A stretch of DNA of 64,000 nucleotides from Thalassospira sp. (GTDB lineage Bacteria > Pseudomonadota > Alphaproteobacteria > Rhodospirillales > Thalassospiraceae): the NCBI RefSeq assembly GCF_002709775.1, contig NZ_PAQR01000043.1:15192-79191 (forward strand), written 5' to 3'. The notes beneath the pieces are model-generated. The model worked only from the letters and a program-made list of their open reading frames with translations, made no database searches and was not told where the DNA came from. This document shows positions 1 to 9,182 of the stretch, piece by piece. The position numbers and the translations under genes are program-made. Position 1 is the stretch's first letter; each line of letters opens with the position of its first letter.

Positions 1-1
1 G

Positions 2-703
2 CAACTCAACATTGATGCGGTTGATGCGTTTTCGGTATCTGATCTTCCGGGTAAATCATTTCGGCTTGCGGATATCGCGTTTGTCCCGGGTGTTGATGAT
101 GCGGCAAGGGCGTGGTTAGGGCAGGCGCGTGAGAACGAGGTGTCGATCACGTCACTTGCCGAGCAACCCGATTTCCTCGGTCGCACACCGGTTCTTATTG
201 ACGATCCCGTTGTGGGCGACTGGCGGGAAGAGCTTCTGACTGCCGGTCTGGCAATGCTTGTTCCTGAAACCGGGCAAGACATCTCGCACCTGATCGGGAT
301 TGAGGACTCGGCAATCCAAAGCAAATCCGGCATGTGGTCCGATCAAGGGGTGGACACTGCGTATTACGTAGTTGCTGATGACACGGCGGCTGGAGATTTG
401 CCGACGGCCAGCGATGCAATTGGTCGCTTTGCCGTGATTGATGGCTCGATCAGAAGCATCGAGCATCAGGAATGGCGCAGCTACCTTAATTTCGGAGCGA
501 ACTGGCGTGAGGATTTCACCATCGCACTTGATGCGACCCTGCGGGATGGCTTTGCGCAAGGCGGTGATTTTCAGGGAGTTCTCGATACTTGGGTCGGGCA
601 AAAAGTTCGGGTGCGAGGCGTGATTGAAAATCGCGGTGGGCCATACATCACTCTCGATAACCCGTTCTGGTTATGCCTTTTCCAAGATGAAGGGGCGCAA
701 TAG
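2..703 (+). CDS. Thermonuclease (SNase)-like protein with C-terminal OB-fold-like domain, 5'-truncated by the window edge
   Basis: The frame of ORF 140..703 is open back to base 2. FRLADI, DFLGR, LLTAGLA and GMW follow the SNase pattern. The C-terminal YLNFGANWREDFTI...VRVRGVIENRGGP is typical of alphaproteobacterial members. Confidence 0.65.
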   Translation, partial: QLNIDAVDAFSVSDLPGKSFRLADIAFVPGVDDAARAWLGQARENEVSITSLAEQPDFLGRTPVLIDDPVVGDWREELLTAGLAMLVPETGQDISHLIGIEDSAIQSKSGMWSDQGVDTAYYVVADDTAAGDLPTASDAIGRFAVIDGSIRSIEHQEWRSYLNFGANWREDFTIALDATLRDGFAQGGDFQGVLDTWVGQKVRVRGVIENRGGPYITLDNPFWLCLFQDEGAQ

Positions 704-796
704 GACTTGTTCTGAGGCCATTGTTCGTGAGACTTCTTGTCCGCGCCACCACCGGCCAAACAGACATATTGGCATTCAAACAAAGAGGTCCTTCGC

Positions 797-1753
797 GTGC
801 TCTATCCCGAAATTTCGCCCCATCAGTCGGGTTGGCTATCTCGTGAAGATGGTCATGAGATTTACTGGGAAGAAGTTGGTAGTCCTGACGGGTTGCCGGT
901 GATCTTCCTGCATGGCGGCCCGGGTGCGGGTATTTCACCCAACAGCCGTCGTTTCTTTGATCCCGCAAAGTATCGCGTAATCCTGCTTGATCAGCGCGGG
1001 GCGGGGAAATCACGCCCGTTCGGCAGTCTTGAAAACAACACCACCGATCATTTGATCGGCGATATCGAAGCCCTGCGCGAAGAGCGCGGCATTGAACGCT
1101 GGCTGGTGTTTGGCGGGTCCTGGGGATCGACACTTGCGCTGGCTTATGGGCAGGCGTGCCCAGAACGGGTTGCCGGCTTTGTCCTGCGCGGTATTTTCCT
1201 TGGCACGACGTCAGAAATCCAATGGTTCATGGAAGGCATGGGGCGTTTCTTCCCCGAGGCAGAGCGCCGCTTCCTTGATACAGCAGGCTTTGCCGACAAT
1301 CCGGGCTATCAGAAACTGCTCGATCGCTATGCCGAGATTTTCGCAGGCAAGCACGGCGAGGACGCTGCGATTGACGCCGCGCGCGTCTGGTCAGCCTATG
1401 AAGCAACATGCTGCACGCTGTTGCCTGATGATGGTTTGGTCGAGGACTTCGAAGGTGATCAGATCGCACTGGCACTGGCCAAGCTTGAGCATCATTACTT
1501 TGTGCATCGCTGCTTCTTTGAAGAAGACCAGCTGATCAAAAACGTCAGTCGCATTTCGCATGCGCCGGTTGTTATTGTTCAGGGGCGCTATGACGTCGTG
1601 TGTCCGCCGGTTTCGGCCCTTGCGCTTCATAACGCGTGGGAAGGGTCGGAGCTGATGATTGTCGATGATGCCGGACATGCAGCCAGCGAACCGGGCATCA
1701 TTCGCGAACTGGTTAGGGCAACAAACCGGTTCGATGGCAAAAAGTTCGTGTAA
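797..1753 (+). CDS. pip: Proline iminopeptidase (alpha/beta hydrolase)
   Basis: FLHGGPG, DQRGAGKS, nucleophile GGSWGS, QGRYD and AGH motifs. GTG start at 797 with AGAGG upstream (ORF track starts at 737). Confidence 0.93.
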   Translation: MLYPEISPHQSGWLSREDGHEIYWEEVGSPDGLPVIFLHGGPGAGISPNSRRFFDPAKYRVILLDQRGAGKSRPFGSLENNTTDHLIGDIEALREERGIERWLVFGGSWGSTLALAYGQACPERVAGFVLRGIFLGTTSEIQWFMEGMGRFFPEAERRFLDTAGFADNPGYQKLLDRYAEIFAGKHGEDAAIDAARVWSAYEATCCTLLPDDGLVEDFEGDQIALALAKLEHHYFVHRCFFEEDQLIKNVSRISHAPVVIVQGRYDVVCPPVSALALHNAWEGSELMIVDDAGHAASEPGIIRELVRATNRFDGKKFV

Positions 1754-1841
1754 AATTAACAGACAAACAGCATTGTGTTGTTGAGTTTGAAAACCTATCG
1801 GCTAGTATAGCGCACCGATTGATCTAGTGGGGACTTGGTTA

Positions 1842-2366
1842 ATGAAGTTGGTTTTGGGGAAGCTGCTCGCAGTTTGCGTTCTGTTCGCTTTTGGAAGCAC
1901 GGCGCATGCGCAGCAAATTCTTGGAAATGATAACGATTCCGGACTGCTTGAATTTTCGACCGGTATGGTCGACATCACTCAGGATGAAGAAGCAGCTGAA
2001 TTTCGTCTGAACTACCGTGCCCAGCACGCGATGTTTGACGTCACCCGCCCGATCGGCGGTGTGATGGTGACCTCCGAAGGTGCGGTTCACGGCTATGGCG
2101 GTCTTGCAGTTGACGTTCTTTGGGGCGATCACTTCGTTTCCAGCGTCTACACCTCGGTTGGTGCATACCATCAGGGTAACGGCGAAGACCTTGGTCACTG
2201 GATTGAATTCCGTTCCGGTCTCGAGCTTGGCTTCCGCTTTGACAGCCACGAACGTCTGAGCCTTGGCATCTCGCACATCTCGAACGCCAGCATCGGCGAC
2301 GAGAACCCGGGTACGGAAATTCTGTCTTTGACATATTCCTTCCCGATTGAGCGCCTGTTCGACTAA
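1842..2366 (+). CDS. pagL: PagL-family lipid A 3-O-deacylase / acyloxyacyl hydrolase (outer-membrane beta-barrel)
   Basis: Signal peptide, amphipathic beta strands, IEFRSGLELG and the catalytic HISNA...NPG motif. Confidence 0.75.
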   Translation: MKLVLGKLLAVCVLFAFGSTAHAQQILGNDNDSGLLEFSTGMVDITQDEEAAEFRLNYRAQHAMFDVTRPIGGVMVTSEGAVHGYGGLAVDVLWGDHFVSSVYTSVGAYHQGNGEDLGHWIEFRSGLELGFRFDSHERLSLGISHISNASIGDENPGTEILSLTYSFPIERLFD

Positions 2367-2525
2367 GGCGATCAACATCAAAGATTTCCATCAGCCGAGG
2401 GTGATCACATCCTCGGCTGATTTGCGTTTGGGGCCAGGTTTGGCCTCGAAAGGCGGCAATATCCGTGCCCTCGCGGATTGATCGCCGTCGGTTTTGCTGC
2501 TAATGGAATGCTGCCTTTTGGCAGT

Positions 2526-2602
2526 GCGCCCGTAGCTCAGCAGGATAGAGCACCAGATTCCTAATCTGGGGGCCACAGGTTCGAATCCTGTCGGGCGCAC
2601 CA
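2526..2602 (+). tRNA. tRNA-Arg (anticodon CCT)
   Basis: Cloverleaf: acceptor GCGCCCG/CGGGCGC, D arm GCTC/GAGC, anticodon arm CCAGA-TTCCTAA-TCTGG, T arm ACAGG-TTCGAAT-CCTGT, encoded CCA. Confidence 0.97.
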
Positions 2603-2773
2603 TATCTCCCCTTCCTTTGCGGTTTTCCAGCTCATTGTCACGGTTGTTGGCCTATCGTGCCGATGTTCCGTCTTGCTTGAAAAATAAGTGCTTCTTTCTC
2701 ATATCGCTAGAAAGGGGGCTTGCACGCGATGCAGTCTGTCAGCCTCCCTATAAAACCGGTCTGGGAGGATAAA

Positions 2774-3910
2774 ATGACGAACTGGATCAGACTTCCGAAC
2801 AGCGAAGGCCAATGTGTGTCGCGCCCGGATGCGCAGGGCGATCAGAAAACCTATCAGCGCGAAGTTGGACGCGCCGGTTTTCAGGGACCAGCAGCACAAA
2901 TTTATCATCGCCACCCGCCAGCAGGCTGGGCGACTTTTGAAGGTCCGTTGCGGCCGCGCGCCTTTTCGCTGGCCAAGCTTTCCGCCGGGCCGGCCTGTCC
3001 GCTTCAGGCGCGCCGGGTTTTGCATAATGACAGCATGGAAATGCGGTTCTGGAAAACCGAAAGCAAGATGCACGCGCTTGCGCGCAATGCCGATGGCGAT
3101 ACCCTGATCTTTGTTCATAACGGCGCCGGTGCCCTGTTTTGCGATTACGGGCATTTATCCTATCGTGACGGGGATTATATCCTGCTGCCGCGCGGCACGT
3201 CCTGGCGGATTGAGCCATCAGAGATGTCTGAACTCATGATGATCGAGGCAACGGCGGATGCCTTCAAGCTGCCCGACGTATCGCTTGGTGGGGAAGCGGC
3301 GGTTAATCCCATGCTGTTTACCTTGCCCCGAATTGATGATGCCTTCATTGCCCAGCAGGATGATGCATTCTGGGAAATTCACATCAAACGCCGCGGGCAG
3401 GTATCCACCCTGACCTATCCGTTCAATCCGCTTGATGCGATTGGCTGGGAAGGGGATCTTTGTGTGGTGAAAGTGAATTGGCGCGACCTTGCCAAACATC
3501 GATCAAGCGGGCAAAGAACGCCGCCGGCGGCATCCTGCACCTTTGTCACCGAAACATTTTCCGTCAGCACCTTTATCCCCAAGGTGGGCGAGGGCGCGTC
3601 AGGCATCATGCGCGTGCCGTTTTATCATTCCAACGAAGATGCCGACGAGTTCATCTTTTACCATCGTGGCGAATTCTTTAGCCGCGGGGAAATAAAGGCC
3701 GGAATGGCAACTTTCCACCCCAGCGGTTTCCCGCATGGCCCGCATCCAAGTGCCTATCAGAGCAAAATGGTCAAGGCCCCGGTGGAAACCGATGAAGTGG
3801 CGGTCATGATCGACAGTCGGGCGTTTTTGAATGTTGATGAATCGATCCCTGATGGTGCGGAATGGAAGGCCTACGTAAAAACGTGGGAAAAGGCCGAAGA
3901 AACACTATAA
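2774..3910 (+). CDS. hmgA: Homogentisate 1,2-dioxygenase (short Vibrio/Bacillus-like type)
   Basis: EGPLRPRAF, HIKRRGQVSTLTYPFNPLDAIGWEGDL and the metal-site region VPFYHSNEDADEF...FHPSGFPHGPHP. ATG at 2774 after GGAGG. Confidence 0.85.
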   Translation: MTNWIRLPNSEGQCVSRPDAQGDQKTYQREVGRAGFQGPAAQIYHRHPPAGWATFEGPLRPRAFSLAKLSAGPACPLQARRVLHNDSMEMRFWKTESKMHALARNADGDTLIFVHNGAGALFCDYGHLSYRDGDYILLPRGTSWRIEPSEMSELMMIEATADAFKLPDVSLGGEAAVNPMLFTLPRIDDAFIAQQDDAFWEIHIKRRGQVSTLTYPFNPLDAIGWEGDLCVVKVNWRDLAKHRSSGQRTPPAASCTFVTETFSVSTFIPKVGEGASGIMRVPFYHSNEDADEFIFYHRGEFFSRGEIKAGMATFHPSGFPHGPHPSAYQSKMVKAPVETDEVAVMIDSRAFLNVDESIPDGAEWKAYVKTWEKAEETL

Positions 3911-4153
3911 GCACTTGCTGTCTTTCGGTGAAAAATGGCATTTTGGCGCCGCGAGTTGAGGATGGTATTTTCGGGGAAGGTTGTTAATGTAATTGTCAAC
4001 TTGTCGGGATAGTTTAAATCGTCCCGAAGAACTCTGGCTAAAATGACAAACTGTTCATTACACAATGCTTTCCAACGCCGGAAATCCTGATAACAAGGGG
4101 CATCAGGATGACCGCCAGACATCAGCGCCGTTACCGGTTAACCAAAGCCAAGA

Positions 4154-5320
4154 ATGAATAAACAGAAGATCGTAAAATCCGTCAGTCACAAGTCTCCCGA
4201 ACCGCATGAGGTGCCGGAAGACCCATTGGCATGCCTGCCGCAAACCTTTGAATCCCGCGGTGTCAGGACCCCGTTTACCACCAAGACCCTGCGCTATGCG
4301 CGCGTCTCGATCGGTAAGGGCGGACGGAAAATGATCATGTTGCCGGGTCTGTCCGGTGGGCTTGGTACTTACGAAATGCCGCTCGATACCCTGCGCGAAG
4401 TGTTTGATCTGTCGGTGCATGACCGCATGCTGTTTGATCGCGTGCTTGAGCTTGAAGAAGTTCGTCCGCAGACAGTTCTTGAACATAGCCGCGAAGTTGG
4501 CAGCACCGGTGTTGGCGGTGTGGAACTCGCGCGCGTTTGCATCCGCCGGAACTGGAACGAAAAGGCATCGCGTGAACTTGGTCAGATGGCCGTTCTGCAT
4601 CAGGCCCTGCGTCAACTTGGCGGTGAAGCCGTCAAGGACATGAAGCAAGAAGAACTGATGACCACCGAAGGCCAGATCCGCGCACGTAAAGCACTGAACC
4701 GCTTCGCGTCCGAGCACAAGGTAGCCAATGACACCATCATCGATAGTCTTGGCGAATGGAGCAAAATGATTGCCCCGGTTGGTCTTGATCTTGAAGGATG
4801 TCAGGGCCAGCTGCGCGTTTTGGCCAACGGGCTTAAGAAATTTGCCCAGGATATCGAGGAATGGGCGAACTCCGAGCAGTCCGATTTCCGCTTCATGGCC
4901 GGGCGTATCGTAAGTGCGACCCGTTCAACCAGCGAGCATGCCTTGAAACGCATTGCCGAAGTTGATAGCTGGAACAGCGAACTTGGCAAGGTTTTGACCG
5001 ATTGGGAGCGCGCCAAACAGGACATTGGCAAGACAGTCGAATATCTTTGGTGGCTGCTGGATGGCTGGCAGGAACTGATCGATGTCTGGGAAAAACGATC
5101 CCTGACAGATCGCTCCAAGCAGCGCGAAGTCGTCGAGGAAATCGCAAGTTTCGCACCGGTTCTGCCGCTTTCGGAAATTGCCATCTCGGAACAGCAGTTC
5201 TGGGCTGATGTGCGTGTGAACCAGATGCTTTGGGCCGGTGAATTGCGTAAACTTGGCAGTGGTGAGATTGACGCCGACATGATGGACCGTCTCGAACGCT
5301 TCAGGAGACAGACGGCATGA
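4154..5320 (+). CDS. Hypothetical protein, predicted helical and cytoplasmic (388 aa)
   Basis: Long ORF with host-like codon usage. Its stop overlaps the next start (ATGA). No recognisable domain. Confidence 0.85.
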   Translation: MNKQKIVKSVSHKSPEPHEVPEDPLACLPQTFESRGVRTPFTTKTLRYARVSIGKGGRKMIMLPGLSGGLGTYEMPLDTLREVFDLSVHDRMLFDRVLELEEVRPQTVLEHSREVGSTGVGGVELARVCIRRNWNEKASRELGQMAVLHQALRQLGGEAVKDMKQEELMTTEGQIRARKALNRFASEHKVANDTIIDSLGEWSKMIAPVGLDLEGCQGQLRVLANGLKKFAQDIEEWANSEQSDFRFMAGRIVSATRSTSEHALKRIAEVDSWNSELGKVLTDWERAKQDIGKTVEYLWWLLDGWQELIDVWEKRSLTDRSKQREVVEEIASFAPVLPLSEIAISEQQFWADVRVNQMLWAGELRKLGSGEIDADMMDRLERFRRQTA

Positions 5321-6768
5321 AGATTGAAGACGCCGGAAAGCTTGGCGTTTCCCAACTTGGACAGCTGTTTGAATCCCTTAGCAGCAGCGAAATCGCGCGC
5401 TTTACCCGTGCGATCGAAAGTGATCGTGCCGATCCCAAACTGCCGCTGCCGCACGAAGCCATCCTGCAGATTCTGCGCCCGCGTCTGGCGTCGCTTAAGC
5501 CCGAACGCTATCCGACACCGATGCGTCAGTTCTGCGATCCATTCGAGGATCTGCTGACGTCCGCTGAGCCCAACGAAAAAAGCATCCGCATCAGCCGGTC
5601 TTCGTTGATGCCGATCTGGAATGTTGTGGTGGAGTCCGGCGGGCCTGAATTCCAAAAGGCCATGCAGGATATCGACAAGGCCGCAGCCACCCGTGACACC
5701 GCCAAGCTTGCCATTGCCGAACGTCAGCTTTGGCAAATTGGCGCACGCACGATCGAAGATCAGATCGAAGATTCCCATGGTGGGGTGAAGCAGGAACGCG
5801 CACTTGCGACCCGTTTGGGATCACGCGTCCATATGCCGGCCTTTGCCGAGGTTGGTAGAATTCTGCGTGTTGGTGATGAAATTGCCCAGTTGCGTGAACG
5901 GTTCCCGTCTGCGCCGATCAGGGTTCTTGATCCCAACGATGTGAAATGGCTGCGCGACCTGTTCGTGTCGATTTCCAAGGAAAAACCCGGGCTGGAACCG
6001 ATGTTCCTGCTTGCGGTTCTTGCCCGCCTGTTGCGGCCGAGCGAGTTGTTCAAGCTGATCCGTGTTCTTTCCAGCAAGTCTGACGACCGCACGATCGAGA
6101 AAACCAATCTTGCCGAAACCGGTGATCTGATCATCGATCTGCTGGCCGAAACCGTGACCGAGATCGAACAGGGTGTCGTTACCGGCAAGGACGAAGCGCA
6201 CATTCTGTCGCTGGCCCGTTGGTATGCATCCGAATTTGTCCGCATCACCCGCGAATTCAAAATCCGCAAGGATGGCCGTTGGGGCGAGAAGCTTCTTGAA
6301 ACCCGTCGTCGGGTGTCTCGCGCGCTGGCCGACACGATGTTTGGCGCGACGCCAGAACGCGTGATTGATGCCTTGCCAAAACTTGAAGCTGCCCAGGGGC
6401 CGGGATCGGGCCGCAGTGGATTGGCGCGTCCGATCTTCTCGCAGGAATTCGATGACGACAAAGTCCTTGCGGCAGAACGATCAGCAGAGGCAATTGCCGA
6501 AACCGCCCGTATTTCCGATGTGTTGGCAGCGCAAAGTTCGGCGGCCAAGGCAGTGGTGGAGCTTAAGAAGAAGCTCAATCAGATCGGCCGTGCCGGTGTG
6601 GACAGCATGCGCCGTCTCACACCCGAAGAGGTGCCCAATGCGCAGCGAAACCTGATGGCAACCGTGCGTTTGCTTGAAATCGTCGATGGCCCGGATGATG
6701 CCGATGTGCTGCGTCGCCGCGGGATGAATGCACTGCGCGCGTTGACAGCGGATCAGAAAGCGAGCTGA
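5317..6768 (+). CDS. Hypothetical protein, predicted helical (483 aa), translationally coupled to the upstream gene
   Basis: Long ORF with host-like codon usage and ATGA overlap at 5317-5320. Confidence 0.85.
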   Translation: MKIEDAGKLGVSQLGQLFESLSSSEIARFTRAIESDRADPKLPLPHEAILQILRPRLASLKPERYPTPMRQFCDPFEDLLTSAEPNEKSIRISRSSLMPIWNVVVESGGPEFQKAMQDIDKAAATRDTAKLAIAERQLWQIGARTIEDQIEDSHGGVKQERALATRLGSRVHMPAFAEVGRILRVGDEIAQLRERFPSAPIRVLDPNDVKWLRDLFVSISKEKPGLEPMFLLAVLARLLRPSELFKLIRVLSSKSDDRTIEKTNLAETGDLIIDLLAETVTEIEQGVVTGKDEAHILSLARWYASEFVRITREFKIRKDGRWGEKLLETRRRVSRALADTMFGATPERVIDALPKLEAAQGPGSGRSGLARPIFSQEFDDDKVLAAERSAEAIAETARISDVLAAQSSAAKAVVELKKKLNQIGRAGVDSMRRLTPEEVPNAQRNLMATVRLLEIVDGPDDADVLRRRGMNALRALTADQKAS

Positions 6769-7701
6769 TCAGGCCGGCTTCGCCTGCTTTCCTTGTCCGC
6801 GGATCAAGGTCGTTACTGTCTCAAGCTGATCAAGCCAGTTCATGAAGGCCCGGATCTTGGGAAGTCGTGCACGGCTTTTCGGGCAGCAGGCGTAATAGTG
6901 AAACGGGCTTGCTTTTGGTTGTCCGAAGGGTGCAATGATCCGTCCGGTCGCCAATTCATCCTCAATCGCAAATGTTGGCAGTAGTGCCACGCCAAGTCCT
7001 GCAGCGGCGGCCTGCATAGCCATGGTGAAGTGTTCGAACTTCGGGCCGTTTTCCCCGTCAATGTCACTGAGGCCACTGGCCGACAGCCAATCGGCCCAGC
7101 CGCGCGGGCCGGTTGCGATGTGCAGCAACGGGAAGTTCCGAAGGTCCTCTGCCCGTGGCGGGCGTCCCAAATTGGCAACCAGTTGCGGGCTGCAGATCGG
7201 TACCATTTCCTCGCCATGCAGGATGTGGGCATCAAGTTCCGACCAGTTTCCTTCGCCAAACAGAACAGCAATATCGATCTGTTCGCGGTCAAAGTCGGGC
7301 ATGCCGATCCGCGAGATGAAGTTGATGGCGATTTCGGGATGTTTGCTTCTGAATTCAGGCAATAATGGAATAAGGCAGCGTGAACCAAATGTCGGCGGGG
7401 CGGCCACCGTCAAGACACCGCTTTCCGATCCGCCAGACAAAAGCGTAAGCGTCGCGCTTTCAAGCTGATCAAGGGCCGGACGGATGGATTGCAGATAACT
7501 TTCACCTTCCGGGGTCAGCACGAGGCGTTGCTTTTCTCGGGCAAACAGCTTGCACCCCAACCAGGTTTCAAGACCCTGAATCTGCCGGCTTACTGCACTT
7601 TGCGTGAGGTAAAGTTCCTCGGCCGCACGTGATGCGCTGCCAAACCGGGCGGTCTGTTCGAAGCAACTAAGCGCCTTCAGGCTGGGAATGCGGCGGGCCA
7701 A
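6769..7701 (-). CDS. LysR-family regulator (GcvA/GcdR-like), divergent from gcdH
   Basis: N-terminal HTH (LSCFEQTARFGSASRAAEELYLTQSAVSRQI) plus LysR substrate domain. Probable TTG start at 7701. Confidence 0.93.
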   Translation of the reverse strand: MARRIPSLKALSCFEQTARFGSASRAAEELYLTQSAVSRQIQGLETWLGCKLFAREKQRLVLTPEGESYLQSIRPALDQLESATLTLLSGGSESGVLTVAAPPTFGSRCLIPLLPEFRSKHPEIAINFISRIGMPDFDREQIDIAVLFGEGNWSELDAHILHGEEMVPICSPQLVANLGRPPRAEDLRNFPLLHIATGPRGWADWLSASGLSDIDGENGPKFEHFTMAMQAAAAGLGVALLPTFAIEDELATGRIIAPFGQPKASPFHYYACCPKSRARLPKIRAFMNWLDQLETVTTLIRGQGKQAKPA

Positions 7702-7736
7702 TCGGGTGTCCTGAAAAAGGGGTATCTGCAAAGATT

Positions 7737-7751
7737 ATGAGTTTTTTGCAT
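7737..7751. promoter_or_regulatory. Putative LysR box (T-N11-A; ATG-N9-CAT)
   Basis: ATGAGTTTTTTGCAT in the divergent LysR/gcdH spacer. Confidence 0.55.
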
Positions 7752-7901
7752 AATCTGCATCACTTTTATCATTTGCAAGTTCGTCTGCCAATTCCTAGCT
7801 TTATCCCATAAGCAAGTAAGCTTTTCAGGGGTAGCGTCATCTCGCCCTTCTATGGCGCTGCCCCTGCTTTCTGTACAAAAATTCATAAAAGGACCAGGTG
7901 A

Positions 7902-9092
7902 ATGGCAAGCCGCGCACCGTTTCATTGGGAAGATCCGCTCCTGCTTGAAGAACAGTTGAGCGAAGACGAACGCATGATCCGCGATGCGGCCCGTGCATAT
8001 TGTCAGGAAAATCTGCAAACCCGCGTTCTTGAAGCCAACCGTCATGAAGTTTTCCATCGTGAAATCATGAGCGAGATGGGTGAACTTGGTCTGCTTGGCC
8101 CGACCATCCCCGAGGAATACGGCGGACCGGGCGTTAACCACGTTGCCTATGGTCTGGTGGCCCGCGAAGTTGAACGCGTTGATTCCGGCTATCGTTCGGC
8201 AATGTCGGTTCAGAGCTCGCTCGTCATGCATCCGATCTATGCCTATGGCAGCGAAGAACAGCGCAAAAAATACCTGCCGAAACTGGCAACCGGTGAATGG
8301 GTTGGCTGCTTTGGCCTGACCGAGCCTGACCACGGTTCCGATCCGGGTGGCATGAAAACCCGTGCCCGTAAAGCCGATGGCGGCTTTAACCTGTCAGGTG
8401 CCAAAATGTGGATCACCAACAGCCCGATCGCAGACGTCTTTGTCGTCTGGGCCAAGGATGACGAAGGTGTCATTCGCGGCTTCATCCTTGAAAAAGGCAT
8501 GAAGGGGCTGAGTGCACCGAAGATCGAAGGCAAGTTTTCCTTGCGTGCGTCGATCACCGGCGAAATCGTCATGGATAATGTCTTCGTGCCAGACGAAAAC
8601 ATGCTGCCGAACGCCAAGGGTCTTGGCGGTCCGTTCGGTTGCCTGAACAAGGCTCGTTACGGCATTGCATGGGGTGCTATGGGTGCTGCTGAATTCTGCT
8701 GGCATGCGGCACGTCAGTACACGCTTGATCGCAAACAGTTCGGTCGTCCGCTTGCAGCCAACCAGCTGATCCAGCTGAAACTGGCCAACATGCAGACTGA
8801 AATCACCCTTGGCCTGCAGGGCGCGCTTCAGGTCGGTCGTCTGCTTGACGAAGGCAAAGGCGCGCCGGAAGCCATTTCGCTGATGAAGCGCAACAACTGT
8901 GGCAAGGCGCTTGATATTGCTCGTGTTGCCCGTGACATGCATGGCGGTAACGGCATTTCCGATGAATTCCATGTCATTCGCCACGCGATGAACCTTGAAG
9001 CGGTCAATACCTATGAAGGTACGCATGATGTTCACGCCCTGATCCTGGGCCGTGCACAGACCGGACTTCAGGCCTTCTCCGCAGAAGGTTGA
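7902..9092 (+). CDS. gcdH: Glutaryl-CoA dehydrogenase
   Basis: [13 protein letters not shown] start, [29 protein letters not shown], and C-terminal [20 protein letters not shown]. Confidence 0.95.
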   Translation: MASRAPFHWEDPLLLEEQLSEDERMIRDAARAYCQENLQTRVLEANRHEVFHREIMSEMGELGLLGPTIPEEYGGPGVNHVAYGLVAREVERVDSGYRSAMSVQSSLVMHPIYAYGSEEQRKKYLPKLATGEWVGCFGLTEPDHGSDPGGMKTRARKADGGFNLSGAKMWITNSPIADVFVVWAKDDEGVIRGFILEKGMKGLSAPKIEGKFSLRASITGEIVMDNVFVPDENMLPNAKGLGGPFGCLNKARYGIAWGAMGAAEFCWHAARQYTLDRKQFGRPLAANQLIQLKLANMQTEITLGLQGALQVGRLLDEGKGAPEAISLMKRNNCGKALDIARVARDMHGGNGISDEFHVIRHAMNLEAVNTYEGTHDVHALILGRAQTGLQAFSAEG

Positions 9093-9182
9093 TCCAAAAA
9101 TCCTGATCGGGCGGCGGCAGAAATGTTGTCGCCCGATTTGATTCTACCTGCTTTTTCCAAGTCGATATTTCGGGATATTCAG

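Noticed and set aside
2526-2602. tRNA-Arg as an integration site for an island
   Set aside because: No integrase next to it, no duplicated tRNA 3' end noticed elsewhere in the window, and flanking genes have host composition.
2743-2768. CCTCCC/GGGAGG hairpin that could hide the hmgA ribosome-binding site
   Set aside because: Only a 6-bp stem with a 14-nt loop and no recognisable aptamer; too weak to call a riboswitch.
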